A stretch of DNA of 64,000 nt, from the NCBI RefSeq assembly GCF_006345805.1, contig NC_043015.1, positions 53,196,001 through 53,260,000 on the forward strand. Reading direction: 5' to 3'. A model generated the notes under the pieces. It was not told the origin of the DNA, searched no databases, and worked only from the letters and a program-made list of their open reading frames with translations. Position 1 is the first letter of the stretch. Each line of letters starts with the position of its first letter. Positions 1-12,000 of the stretch are shown in pieces. The stretch is from Octopus sinensis (Eukaryota). The position numbers and the translations under genes are program-made.

Positions 1-150
1 TATGTCCCCGTAACTTACCGGTTTGGCAAAAGAGACCTATAGAATAAGTACTAGGCTTACAGAGAATAAGTCGTGGGGGTCGATTTGTTCGACTAAAGGT
101 GGTGCTCCAGCACGGCCGCAGTCAAATGACCGAAACAAGTAAAAGAATAA
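1..150 (+). mobile_element. SINE family A, 3' portion
   Basis: Matches the 3' half of the copy at 55590-55945 (gaataagtactaggcttac...ggtgctccagca...gtcaaatgac.gaaacaagtaaaagaataa). Confidence 0.8.
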
Positions 151-220
151 CGTTAGAGATTTTAATATAAATGATATCAGATATAAGTTTAGAATCAAAC
201 ATGCATTCTAAAATTAATCA

Positions 221-455
221 ACTCTTTCTCCATTTCTTTCTGCCATTTATATTGTTGAACAAACAATATGATTAGATTGAGATCCGTATCCTAACCTACA
301 GTTAATATCTAGGATGATTGGAAACTCGGACTGAATTTACACTCATACACTGTAGAACTAAGGGCCAGCCTCTCTCCTTTACTCTTTTTTTTACCATTTA
401 TATTGATAAGAAACATGAATCTCGAGATCCGTACCCAACCTACAATTATCAATTG
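221..455. repeat. Diverged ~145-bp direct duplication
   Basis: gagatccgtatcctaacctacagtta (~279-304) recurs as gagatccgtacccaacctacaatta (~424-448); the upstream ccatttatattg motif is also duplicated. Confidence 0.55.
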
Positions 456-1314
456 GTGTTTCTCTTGTTCGCCTTGGTTTTTCATGCAAGGGTCCTACAC
501 TCCTTTTTGGCTAACATAAAAACTTGATAAAACCATAGGAAAGGGTTACACATCGAAAATCACATCACTACATCAAACTAACCGTCTTCGAATTTTTGAA
601 TACGAAGCATACAAAATATTAGAACAAGGAAGTATTGTATATTATCAGAGTATGAAATGAAGCTTCGTATTCGATAATGTGATATTAATAATTTGTAGTG
701 TATTTAAAACACCTGAAGTAGCCAGAAAACAAGCATTGTTTTATTTGCGTACGTTCGTAAATATATAATGATGTTTCTTTTTCGGATATTTGACGTCAAG
801 AACATAAGAGAATTATTTTGCTTTAATACCATTTTATTGTCTTATTTGGAACTTGTTGTTTTTGGTATTAAGGTAACCAAAAAACATGTGATAGTTTGAA
901 GATGTATTCTTAACGAAGTATCTGGCCTCTTGAGTAGATTTTAATTACTAAGGTGGATAAAAAATACCTTGAAAATGAATATAAAAATGCTTGCACAAAA
1001 AAGTACAAGACTACACATTTGTGTTTTAGTAGAAGAAATAACAACAACGACGACAAAAATAAATATAAAAAATTAATAAATAAATGGAACAGGAATGTAT
1101 TTAGTAAATGAATGTTCACATATACGCTATCTTGCCAAATATTTCGTTGTCACATTATTGTGCTGGCAAATACTTGAGATGTCTGTCAGGACGTTGCGCT
1201 TGTTAAAGGATAGAGTACGTTTAATTTTAGAACAGAGGTTGGTAAAGTGGTCAGTGTTGATCCCTGAAGATCTATATAACTATATAAGGGGTCGATAAAC
1301 ACCAGAGACAATTC

Positions 1315-1412
1315 TAAGTACCTAATTTATCGACCCTGAAAGGATGAAAGGCAAAGTCGGCGGAATTTGAACTCAGAACTTAAAGAAAGACGAAACAGCG
1401 CTAAGCAAGGCG
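1315..1412 (-). mobile_element. SINE family B fragment
   Basis: gaccctgaaaggatgaaaggcaaagtcggcggaatttgaactcagaac is the reverse complement of the family B B-box/core. Confidence 0.75.
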
Positions 1413-1432
1413 GCCTTTTAGTAGAAGCGTTA

Positions 1433-1610
1433 GAAGGCCAGGCGAAATGCTTAGCAGCATTGCGTCAGTCTTTATGTTCTGAGTTCAAATTCCGCCGAGG
1501 TCGACTTTGCCTTTCATCCTTTCGGGGACGATAAATTAAGTACCAGTTGCATACTGGTGGCGATCTAATCGACTGGCCCCCTCCCCCAAAATTTCGGGCC
1601 TGTGCCTAAA
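1433..1610 (+). mobile_element. SINE family B (tRNA-derived head)
   Basis: B-box-like gagttcaaattccgccgagg and core tcgactttgcctttcatcctttcgggg..gataaattaagtacc, shared with more than 10 copies in the window. Confidence 0.8.
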
Positions 1611-1644
1611 TCAGAATCCCCCCCCCGCCAAAAAAAATAACGAT

Positions 1645-1906
1645 AAGCATTTCGCGCAGCGTGCTAACGTTTCTTATTTCTTTACTGCCCACAAGGGGCT
1701 AAACACAGAGAAGACAAACAAGGACAGACAAACGGATTAAGTCGATTATTTCGACCCCAGTGCGTAACTGGTACTTATTTAATCGACCCCGAAAGGATAA
1801 AAACAAAGTCGACCTCAGCGGAATTTGAACTCAGAACATAAAGACAGACGAAATACCGCTAAGCATTTCGCCCGGCGTGCTAACGTTTCTGCCAGCTCGC
1901 CGCCTT
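1645..1906 (-). mobile_element. Full-length SINE family B copy with a Tx1-like 3' tail
   Basis: On the minus strand: head ggcggcgagctggcagaaacgttagcacgccgggcg, B box gagttcaaattcc, tail tttgtcttctctgtgtttagccccttgtgggcagtaaagaaataa. Confidence 0.85.
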
Positions 1907-2140
1907 AATCCCTTTATATTATCATTATCTTATATTATTATCCCTTTATTAGAATTATAACAGTGGAAGTATAGATTTGTAAAATAATTCTTATTTTTCG
2001 ATATTAAATGTTCTGCCTTTTCACTTATGACACATTCTCAACTGCAACATCTAGCACGGTTAGTGGAGGATGTTTTTCTGATAACAACGTGTAATTTTGT
2101 CCTGCGAACATTATCATCAATAGTCAACGTGTAGGTAGTT

Positions 2141-2760
2141 TTATCAGCATTGCATATTTTCAACAGCAAAGTTTAACTTTGACAGTAGAATTATTCGCGA
2201 CTGTAAAGTGTACATTGAAAAATAAAGACTTGTTTTCCACATCAACGTATGTAGCGTTATCTGTGAGGTATATTCTCAACAGCAAAGTGTAAGCTGGTCG
2301 ATAAAATGTTATTCTAGACTGTAAAGAGTAGATTGGAGAGTAAAAAGCCTCAACCGTAAAGTGTAGCTTTCTTTATCAGTGACCCATATCCTCAATAGCG
2401 AAGTGTAACCTTGGCGATAAATGTTGTTTTGGACAGTAAAGAGTAGATTGGAGAATAAAGACAGTTCCTGATTGTAAAAAATATAGCTTCATCAATGAAA
2501 TATATTCTCGATAGCAGAGTGTAAGTTTGTAGATAGAAGTTGTTTTGAACGGTAAAGTGCAAACTGGAAATAAAGACGGTTCTTGGTTATAAAAGTATAG
2601 ATTTATCAATGAAATATATTCTCTATAGTAAAGTCTAAGTTGTTCAATGAAAATTATTTTGGACTGTAAAACGTACCCTGGGGATTGAAGACTGTTTCTC
2701 ATTGTAAATGTCTAACTTTATCAATGAAATTTATATTCTCGATAGGAAAGTGTAATGCCA
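2141..2760. repeat. Degenerate ~115-bp minisatellite, about 5.4 units
   Basis: Units begin with ttatc/tcatc at 2141, 2257, 2373, 2489, 2603 and 2718 (spacing 114-116 bp). Confidence 0.8.
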
Positions 2761-3328
2761 TTGCAGTGTGTTATTGTTTTCGTTATTTTTCTCCAGACCA
2801 ACTTCGATAGAGTAGATCAGTGATCAAAGCCGCTCGGAAACCTGATCATTTCGTTTTATTTTCAGGCTAAGTGTATCTAGATTCACACTTTTCAAAGTAT
2901 TCTTCCAATATTTAGAGGACAGTAGATTATCAGAATCTTCAGTGTGACGAATAAAATGGCTTGCGTTATTTCTTCCGGCTCTTTATGCAGTGCGTACGGA
3001 TCTCGCTAATGTCCACTTTGCTTTTTATCTGTTCTCGACCATTAGAGTAAAGTACCAGTCACGTATTGGGGTGAATGTAATCGACTCTACGCCCACCCAT
3101 CAATTCCTATTGGGTTTGGGTCTAATTTAGAAAAAAAATTCATAGCGATTTGACTGCGTTGTCTAGTGCGTCGTTTGATGACAAAGGCAATCCGAGGTCG
3201 GGGAAGAAAAGTGCAGTTTTGGGAAGGAAAACTCCCTCTGCTCGTTAGTAGTTTATTTTCTATTGCGGTGTAGCTGAATAATTTTTGATTTTTAAAGCCC
3301 AGCTTTTAATGTTCAATTGACTATATAC

Positions 3329-3379
<51 letters not shown>

Positions 3380-3480
3380 TATATATATATTATTATTATT
3401 TGAGGGAATGAAATCCAAACTTACAAGGAAAAAGAATTAAATTTAGAAATACTAAATCAAATTCCACACAATATAATATA

Positions 3481-3730
3481 TATAAAATATTAAAAAAACC
3501 CACCTTTTATAAATTCAGAATGAATAATTAAATTACACCATCTAGAAAATTACATATAATATAAATATATAATGTATATAATATGCATTATATTATTCTT
3601 GTAATTTACTTAATCTTTACTTTTTAATTGTTATTTTAATTTTAACTTTCTATTATATGTAATTTTCTAGATGGTGTAATTTAGTTATTCATTTTGAATT
3701 GATAAAAGGTGGGTTATTTTTAATATTATA
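3481..3730. repeat. Foldback element with ~80-bp inverted arms
   Basis: 3481-3561 is a near-perfect reverse complement of 3651-3730 (aacccaccttttat...aattacaccatctagaaaattacatataata). Confidence 0.85.
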
Positions 3731-3738
3731 TATTATAT

Positions 3739-3831
<93 letters not shown>

Positions 3832-3938
3832 ATATTTAAATAATAAGGGTAAAAATTTATGATTATTAGATTAATATCAATTTGAACCAGTGCCCTAGCA
3901 TGTTGAAAAGATCTGAAGGTTCAGAAAATTATATTACA

Positions 3939-4031
3939 TACATATAAGAGGGATGACCACTAGGTCAGACCATATGGGGTCTATATTTTGCATATTAGGA
4001 GTCCACCTAGTGGTCATTCCTCTTATATGTA
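3939..4031. repeat. 27-bp inverted repeat / mini-MITE
   Basis: TACATATAAGAGGGATGACCACTAGGT (3939-3965) vs ACCTAGTGGTCATTCCTCTTATATGTA (4005-4031); the one mismatch is a G-U pair. Confidence 0.8.
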
Positions 4032-4154
4032 TATATATATAATATTCATAGCCACTTTAACATGGCTGTGCGTTCGAAGTGGCTACGCGTTGATCTCTGA
4101 GAGAGATTTTTAGAACGAGCATTTTTGGTTATTATATTTACAGAAAGAAAAGAT

Positions 4155-4186
<32 letters not shown>

Positions 4187-4420
4187 AAGAGGGAGGGTGG
4201 GTGGGAAAGGGAGAGCAAGACGGAGATAAAGCGTATTTAAGTGAATACAGAGATTTAGGCGGTTCAGATAATTTTAAAGAACTATTTCGATATTGTTGTA
4301 ATTGTCATTCAGCCTTATGTCAATCTTGTGAAAGGCGTATAACCAAAAACTATCCAAGCATGACCATCCAAATTACTATTTTCAAATCTCACAACGTGAG
4401 ATATTCAGCAACAAGACTTT

Positions 4421-4689
4421 GTAGTACAGATTGTTTGTCAACGTAACAAAGCAGTCCTGGTTTAGGGCTACTGTTGCTGTAATTTAGCCCCAGGAGAAAT
4501 AACCCAGAAATCGCGATATACAGATATTGTTTAGAGCTGAGTGGGGGTGCTAAGTTCCTTGTTCGAAAATATAAGGATACAAATCGTGTCATATAGCCAG
4601 CTGGAGATGATGTCTCCTGGGGCTAAATTACAGCAACATTCGTCCTAAACCAGGACTGCCATGTTATGTTGGCAAACAATCTTTACTAC
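4421..4689. mobile_element. MITE-like element with ~76-bp imperfect TIRs
   Basis: 4421-4497 is the reverse complement of 4613-4689 (gcagtcctggtttagg...tgttgctgtaatttagccccaggaga). Confidence 0.75.
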
Positions 4690-4767
4690 ATGATCATCCA
4701 AGTTCTTTTTTTCTACATTAGAGTGTCCACTATATCGTTCTTTCTGTCTTGATTTTTTTTGTCTTAC

Positions 4768-4806
4768 CTGTATATATTTTCCTGCAGCCATGAAGAACTG
4801 TCACAT
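4768..4806 (-). other. Candidate 39-nt micro-exon (unassigned)
   Basis: Minus strand ctaatgcgatttcag|ATGTG...ATACAG|gtaaga; strong donor, length divisible by 3, two open frames. No homology recognised. Confidence 0.2.
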
Positions 4807-5077
4807 CTGAAATCGCATTAGAAGACTCACAACACTCTCCCTTCAGATATTCTCTCATCCCACCGAACCATAAAAAGAGACCTTAGAGTATGATCTAATG
4901 GGGGAGATATTAAACCATTTTTAAGCTGATGATCGATTATCTAGGTGTTTCCTAATTGAAATGTTGTTTATTTTATACCGGGGACAGATTCGAAGAAGTA
5001 CGTTTATGGCCACAGACGCACCAACCACGACCAACCCCATATTTTCAGACACGTTATGTTAGAAACATCAGGGCAGT

Positions 5078-5290
5078 GATCTGGCTGAATCGTTAGAACG
5101 CCGGGCGAAATGCTTAGCGGTATTTCGCCAGTGTAATGTTCCGAGTTCAAATTCCGCCGAGTTCGATTTTTACCTTTCATCCTTTCGGGTTCGATAAATT
5201 AAGTAACACATACGTACTGGGGTCGATGTAACCGACTATTCACCCCAGCCCACCCCACGCAAATTTCAGGCCTTCTGCCTATAGTAGAAA
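5078..5290 (+). mobile_element. SINE family B
   Basis: ctggctgaatcgttagaacgccgggcgaaatgcttagcgg head, gagttcaaattccgccgag B box, family core. Confidence 0.8.
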
Positions 5291-6079
5291 GAGTTATCTT
5301 AGAAAGATCAAAGGGCATGATTCGAGGGAATATTTGCTCATACTTCTAAGAGATCGATTTTCTCTTCTGCTGGTGATGATTACAATATTATTAACGTTCA
5401 GTTACCATTCTCGCGGCAGGAATATTTATCGAACGACATCTGAATCGAAAGATCTTTTACCAAGAAACTTTTCATTAAATGACATATTATCGAAACAACT
5501 TTTTATCGAATCGGCGTTACCTCATAACGATTGTAACCGGAAAATCTTTTAAAACGGCGTTTTATTCATGCAACTTGTTACTTACCCAATTTTTCATGTA
5601 ATAATTTGAAAATATCTTATGTAGAATACGAATATTTTAAAAACAAAATAAGGGTTACACATCCCTAAGATTTTAAAGGCAAAATCATTTTTAATATAAA
5701 ATACAAAATAGAATTTCTATGAGAAAATCTAGTTCAGGACATTTTAGTTACCTTTAATTCTATTAGTAGATGACTAACTATATACACGTTCATCTACATT
5801 TTCAAATCTTATGGTGTATCTTGCTTTATCGCCATACGGGTGTATGTGCATACACACAGACACATAGACACACATACACACATACACACATACACACATA
5901 CACCCACATGTTACGTATGTATATATGAGTGTGTGTGTGTGTGTGTGTGTATTGGCATGTGTGAGTGTATGGCAGGTGAAGAAAGTAAAGAAAGCAGCAA
6001 TTTCGATAAGCAACATGTGACATACATTATGGTTCAGCTTCACTACTGTGGCTGTTGTTTGGCACTGTCATTATAATAT

Positions 6080-6230
6080 ATCAAGCATATATATATATAT
6101 ATATATATATATTATACATGCACACAACACACACACACACACACACACAACACACATATATAATATGTATTATATATTATATGTATATAATATATATACA
6201 TATACATACATATATGCATAACGTATATAC

Positions 6231-6263
<33 letters not shown>

Positions 6264-6321
6264 TTATAGATATATATATCAAGCATATAGATATATATAT
6301 ATATACATACATGCACATACA

Positions 6322-6356
<35 letters not shown>

Positions 6357-6445
6357 ATATGTATATATATATATTATATGTATATAAATATATACATATA
6401 CATACATATGCATAACGTATATACATATATATATATATATGTATA
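6080..6445. repeat. ~195-bp tandem duplication of a compound microsatellite
   Basis: The anchors atcaagcatat, (ca)n block and atgcataacgtatatac each occur twice about 195 bp apart. Confidence 0.65.
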
Positions 6446-6558
6446 TTATATATATATATAATTTTTTTATTTGAGAACATAATCCTTGTGGAGAATGGCG
6501 ATTTGACGTCTATATCTAGCATGTTGACTGTCCACCTTTTCGTGCTCAGTCCTTAATT

Positions 6559-6619
<61 letters not shown>

Positions 6620-6681
6620 GTTTTATATTTTATTATATATATTTATATGTACATGTATGTAGATACATATATATAATATAA

Positions 6682-6722
<41 letters not shown>

Positions 6723-6782
6723 TAGATAGATAGATAGATATAGATATTATAAGCATATTATATATATATGCATGTTCTTTCA

Positions 6783-7105
6783 TTCATTAATTTTTTACTT
6801 GTTTCAGTTATTTGAATGCGGCCATGCTGGAGCAACGCCTTTTGTCGAGTAAATCGAATCCAGGACCTATTTTTGTAAGCCTAGTACTTATTCTATCGGC
6901 CTCTTTTGCCGAACCGCTAAGTTACGGGGACCTGTACACACCAACATCAGATGTCAAGCGTTATTGGGGTGGGACAAACACAAATACACACACACACATA
7001 TGTACGACAGGCGTCTTTCAGTTTCCGTCTTCCATATCCACTCACAAGGCGTTGATCGCCCCGAGGCTATATTAGAAGACACTTGCCCAAAGTAACACGC
7101 ATGTG
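6783..7105 (-). mobile_element. SINE family A
   Basis: tttacttgtttcag...gcggccatgctggagc...cttttgccgaaccgctaagttacgggga...gacacttgccca matches the other family A copies. Confidence 0.85.
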
Positions 7106-7289
7106 TTACTGACATATAGGTATATGTATATGTGGTGTGTGTGTTGTGTGCTTATATATATGAATATGCATGTGTATACACACGTATACACACAAACACA
7201 CAAACAGACAGACAGACTGACACACACACACACACATATATACACACACGTATGTAAGACACGCTCGCCCATACGCAAACATTATCCTC

Positions 7290-7565
7290 ACATACACAAC
7301 CTGTTTGCGCGTAAACTCTACCTTGCTACCTATGGTTCCAATCACATCCTTCTTTTCTGTGAGTTCAATATGTGCAACTGTTGATCCAGACACGTCCTTT
7401 TCTTTTCTCTTTTTCTTCCCGCTCTCAGTATTTCCTCATTTCTCTCTGCAGAAGAGCGTAGGCTCGAAACGTCAAAGACTCCCTCCATGTTTCTTGAGCC
7501 TCAAACTAATACAGCATTCTATGTTGTTCCCTCACCTGTCTCTGTATTTTAACTTTTGACATTTG
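7290..7565 (+). mobile_element. Penelope-like pseudo-LTR remnant (family G) with degenerate hammerhead
   Basis: CTGCAGA-A-GAGC-GTAG-GCTC-GAAA-CG-TC at 7446-7473; homologous to 26230-26440. Confidence 0.6.
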
Positions 7566-7613
7566 TACAATTTTGACCCTATATAATGTACACACACACA
7601 CATCAACACACAC

Positions 7614-7648
<35 letters not shown>

Positions 7649-7685
7649 CTATATGTGTGTGTGTGTGTGTTTTGTGTACATATAT

Positions 7686-7719
<34 letters not shown>

Positions 7720-7749
7720 CATATATACATACACACATATAAAAAATAT

Positions 7750-7798
<49 letters not shown>

Positions 7799-9088
7799 TA
7801 CCCATATAATATATATAATTAATTATTTCTATTTTAATTTTATATATGCACATAATCTTTCATATATATATATATATAATCTGTGTGTATATATTTATAT
7901 ATATACATATCTGTATGTATGTATGTGTGTATGTATGTATGCATGCATGCATATGTGTATATATGCACGTGTGTTCGGCGCTTAGGTATTCGTGCCTACG
8001 TGAAGAAAATTCATATAAAGAAAGGAAATTGAGTAGCGAAAACGCCAAGATTATTGAAGGCGAGAAACAAGACATAGGAAGATGAATATGGCCAACGCCT
8101 CACCTCGGCCTACAGCATCATCAACACGACCACCGTTGGCACCAGAAAAACCACCCCCCTCCCCACACTGACAAACACAAGGTTTTCATCACCACCATCG
8201 CAATCATCAACACAGCATACAATACACTTCGGAATCTACAATGCATGAAAAAATAGCAGAAAAGAATATAAAAGTTTAAAATAAAAAAAAAGAGATAAAA
8301 CTCAAAAATACATTTTTTTTAAATGTAGAAAAGCTGCAAGAACAACAATAACAACAACATCAACAACAACAATAACAAGAATAACAACAACAACAGCAAG
8401 AATAAAAAGCAACAATCGAAACAGAAGAAATGAACTGACATGCAGACACCCTGGTAAAGTTAGATGGGGTGCATACCAAAATGTCAGCAGGGAATGATCA
8501 GAAATCCAACTAACTGCAAAAATTAGCAGACACTGCCAGTGGCGTGTGTGTATGTGTGTGTGAGTGTGAATACTAGCGTATATATATATGTATGTGTATG
8601 TGTTTATATGTGTATATACATTGATATATGTATATGTAAAAAAAAATATATATGTATATATGTATGCATATATATATATGTATATATGTATGCATATACA
8701 TATGCATATAAGTATACATACATGCATACATACATATATATATATATATACATATGTATATATATATACATACATAAATGCACACACACATATATATATA
8801 CATTCAATACTTATTTATATGCATACGCGTGCAAACGCGCGCACATAAATATTTACAAATACGTGTGTTTATGTTTATGGTATGTATATATGGTGTATAT
8901 ATATATATATATAATATATATATATATATGTGTGTGGTGTGTGTGTGGGTGTGTGTGTGTGTTTATATCTATTTGAATGTATGTATGCAATGTATATATA
9001 TATACGCGTGTCTGCAGAAGAATAGAGATGAGCGTAAGGATTCGTGTTTCGTTCAGTTTATGTTTGTTTGTTTGTGTGTGTGTGTGTG

Positions 9089-9130
<42 letters not shown>

Positions 9131-9356
9131 GGTGTCGAGAAAAAGAGAAGGAGTGTGAAAGTATGTGTAAGAGATAGGGCGAGAGAGTAAGAAAAAGAAG
9201 GAAAGAAGGTTGCGATGAGTGGCAGATGTTTGCAGGGAAGAAGTGGTGGGTGATGTATTTGGGGCGAGAAATTCGGTTAATTGTAGATGTAAGATGTCGG
9301 TAATGTAGAATTGGATTCACTTTCAACAACACGGAAGAAGTTAGAACCACAGGAAG

Positions 9357-9412
<56 letters not shown>

Positions 9413-9506
9413 ATATATACACACATATATAACTATATACATATATATATATAAATACACACAACACACACACATATATATATATACAGTATATATATCA
9501 TATATA

Positions 9507-9582
<76 letters not shown>

Positions 9583-9864
9583 TTTATATGAATATATGTA
9601 ATTATATATATTCATCTATTTATACATATGTATATATAAATATATTTGTTTATATATATGTATGCGTGTATACGTACATATATATATGTATATTTATTTA
9701 CACAGACACACACACACATATATATATAAATGCATGTGTATATGTATATATGTGTATGTTTGTGTATATGGATATATATACTTACACACACACTTACATA
9801 ACGATATTCATGAATATATACATACATATATGTATATATATAAATAGATATACGTATATGTAAG

Positions 9865-9895
<31 letters not shown>

Positions 9896-9904
9896 CCATA
9901 TAGA

Positions 9905-10135
<231 letters not shown>

Positions 10136-10419
10136 ATACTTATATATATATTCTATAATGATAAGAGAGGTAAGTATTACTTAAATATAGGAATGTTATT
10201 CCTCGGAGAACGTTTAATAAAAAACTAAATATACATAAACAAAATGTGCTTTAGTTTGATCATGAAATTAGTGATGATTAATACTGATGGTTAATCGAAT
10301 TGACACTGAAACTTCCTTTAAAATACCGCACTCAGCTTGCTGTATATCGATGTACATATATATATTTTGCTACATATCTTCTGTAGTCGTTTAAAATAGT
10401 CCTTGTCTCACTTGTATTA

Positions 10420-11562
10420 GAAATGTCAAGTTAAGTGTATTGGAATGTCAAGTTGAGTAAAATGAGCATTTTCGACACCTTGTTTTTCTTTTTAATCAAG
10501 GTTCCGAGGCCGCAAAAGCTGCTCGCGACATTTGTGCTGTGTATGGAGAGGGTGCCATAACTGAAACAACCGCTCGTGATTGGTATGCCAAGTTCAAAAA
10601 GGGAAATATTGACCTCAAAGACGCGCCTCGTTCTGGCCGTCCAGTTGAGTTCGATGAAGAGCGATTAAACCAACTTTTGCACGTAAATTCTCGGCAAACA
10701 ACAAGGGAACTGACAGAGAAAATGGAATGCTCCTACACTGTTATAGAGAAGTACCTTCACTAGATGGGAAAGGTTCAGAAGTATGGATCATGGGTTCCGG
10801 ATGCTTTAAGTAACAACAACAAAAATCAACGAGCCATAATCTCCGCTGGTTAGCTTGTTCGTCACGGCTCAACTCATGGACACAAGCAACGATTTCTTTA
10901 CCGCATTTTTACTGGTGACGAAAAATGATGCATGTACATCAATATGAAGTAGCGCAAGGAATGGCTTACCCCAGTAAACAAGCGACACCGCGCGTGAAAC
11001 AAGATCTTCAACCACGTAAAACGATGTTGTGCGTAAAACGATGGTGGTACTGGGAAGGGATTATCCATTATGAATTGCTGAACGGAACCAAGCGGTCAAC
11101 GCGGAACTCTTTGTTCAACAGATGGAACGACTCGACACGGCTTTTCAAGAGAAAAGACCTAATCGGCAGCATGGAGTTCTTCTGCTGCACGACAGCGCCC
11201 GTCCTCATGTTGCCAATATGACCAAGGAAGGCATTCAAACGCATGGCTGGGAAGTGCTGTCACACCCGCCGTACTTTCCTGATTCAGAACCAACGGATTT
11301 CCACCTCTTTCGATCTCTTTCAAATGCTATGCACTGAGTTTCGTTCAGTACTGATGCAGAATTGAGAGCTTGGTTGGATCAATTTTTCGAGTCGAAATCG
11401 GGTGATTTCTACTGACGAGGTATTGAAAATCTTGTTGAACGTTGGGAAGAAGTTGCAAACAACAAGAGTGAATACATTATTGATTAATTAGTTGTTTTTT
11501 ATTAAACCTTTTAAAAAATCTAAACTTAAGAAAACGGCGGTAGCTTAGTTGCCAACCCAATA
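10420..11562 (+). mobile_element. Decayed mariner transposon (DD34D) with right TIR
   Basis: Frameshifted transposase pieces: VYGEG..W..KFK.G..DL.D..RSGRP, TGDEK*, HDSARPH, PPYFPDSEPTDFHLF. Right TIR tagcttagttgccaacccaa followed by TA at 11561-11562. Confidence 0.9.
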
Positions 11563-11566
11563 TATA

Positions 11567-12000
11567 TCTCTTATATAAAATCCGTTTTGTCTGCCTGTCT
11601 GTGTGTGTCTTTTCGGATCTCGGGCATCCTCCATCAGATTGTGCTCAAATTTGATATGTAGATACCGATGGTATCAAGGCGTGTATAAGTCTTGAAAAAA
11701 TTTTAAAAATTGATTCCAGTTGAGAATGCGATCGATAAAGCCGTTTTTGTCCTGCTTTTCTTCCGTCAACCTGTACATAACTGCACCTTCCATTTTTTGT
11801 TGTTTTTGTACTGCTTAAACGCACGTTTCTTTCCTGCCAAGCTTACTGTTCAAACCATGTTTGTGTTCTCCCAGTCAACAGCCTTATCATTACTTGTACT
11901 TTAAACATTTCGGTTGCATATTTATGTGAATAAATTCGTTTTTCTTTGGAATAAAAAAAAAAGGTCTATCTTTACTTCTTCTTTTGCTGGTGTTTCAAAT
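11567..12000 (+). mobile_element. Possible non-autonomous Helitron-like element, 5' part
   Basis: Starts TCTCTTATATAAAA followed by gtctgtctgtgtgtgt and a ctcaaatttgatatg motif, typical of such 5' ends. No 3' hairpin/CTAG identified. Confidence 0.3.

Noticed and set aside
2141-2760. CRISPR-like array or coding repeat interpretation of the 115-bp repeat
   Set aside because: The whole unit is repeated and degenerate with no unique spacers, the context is eukaryotic, and the period is not a constant multiple of 3.
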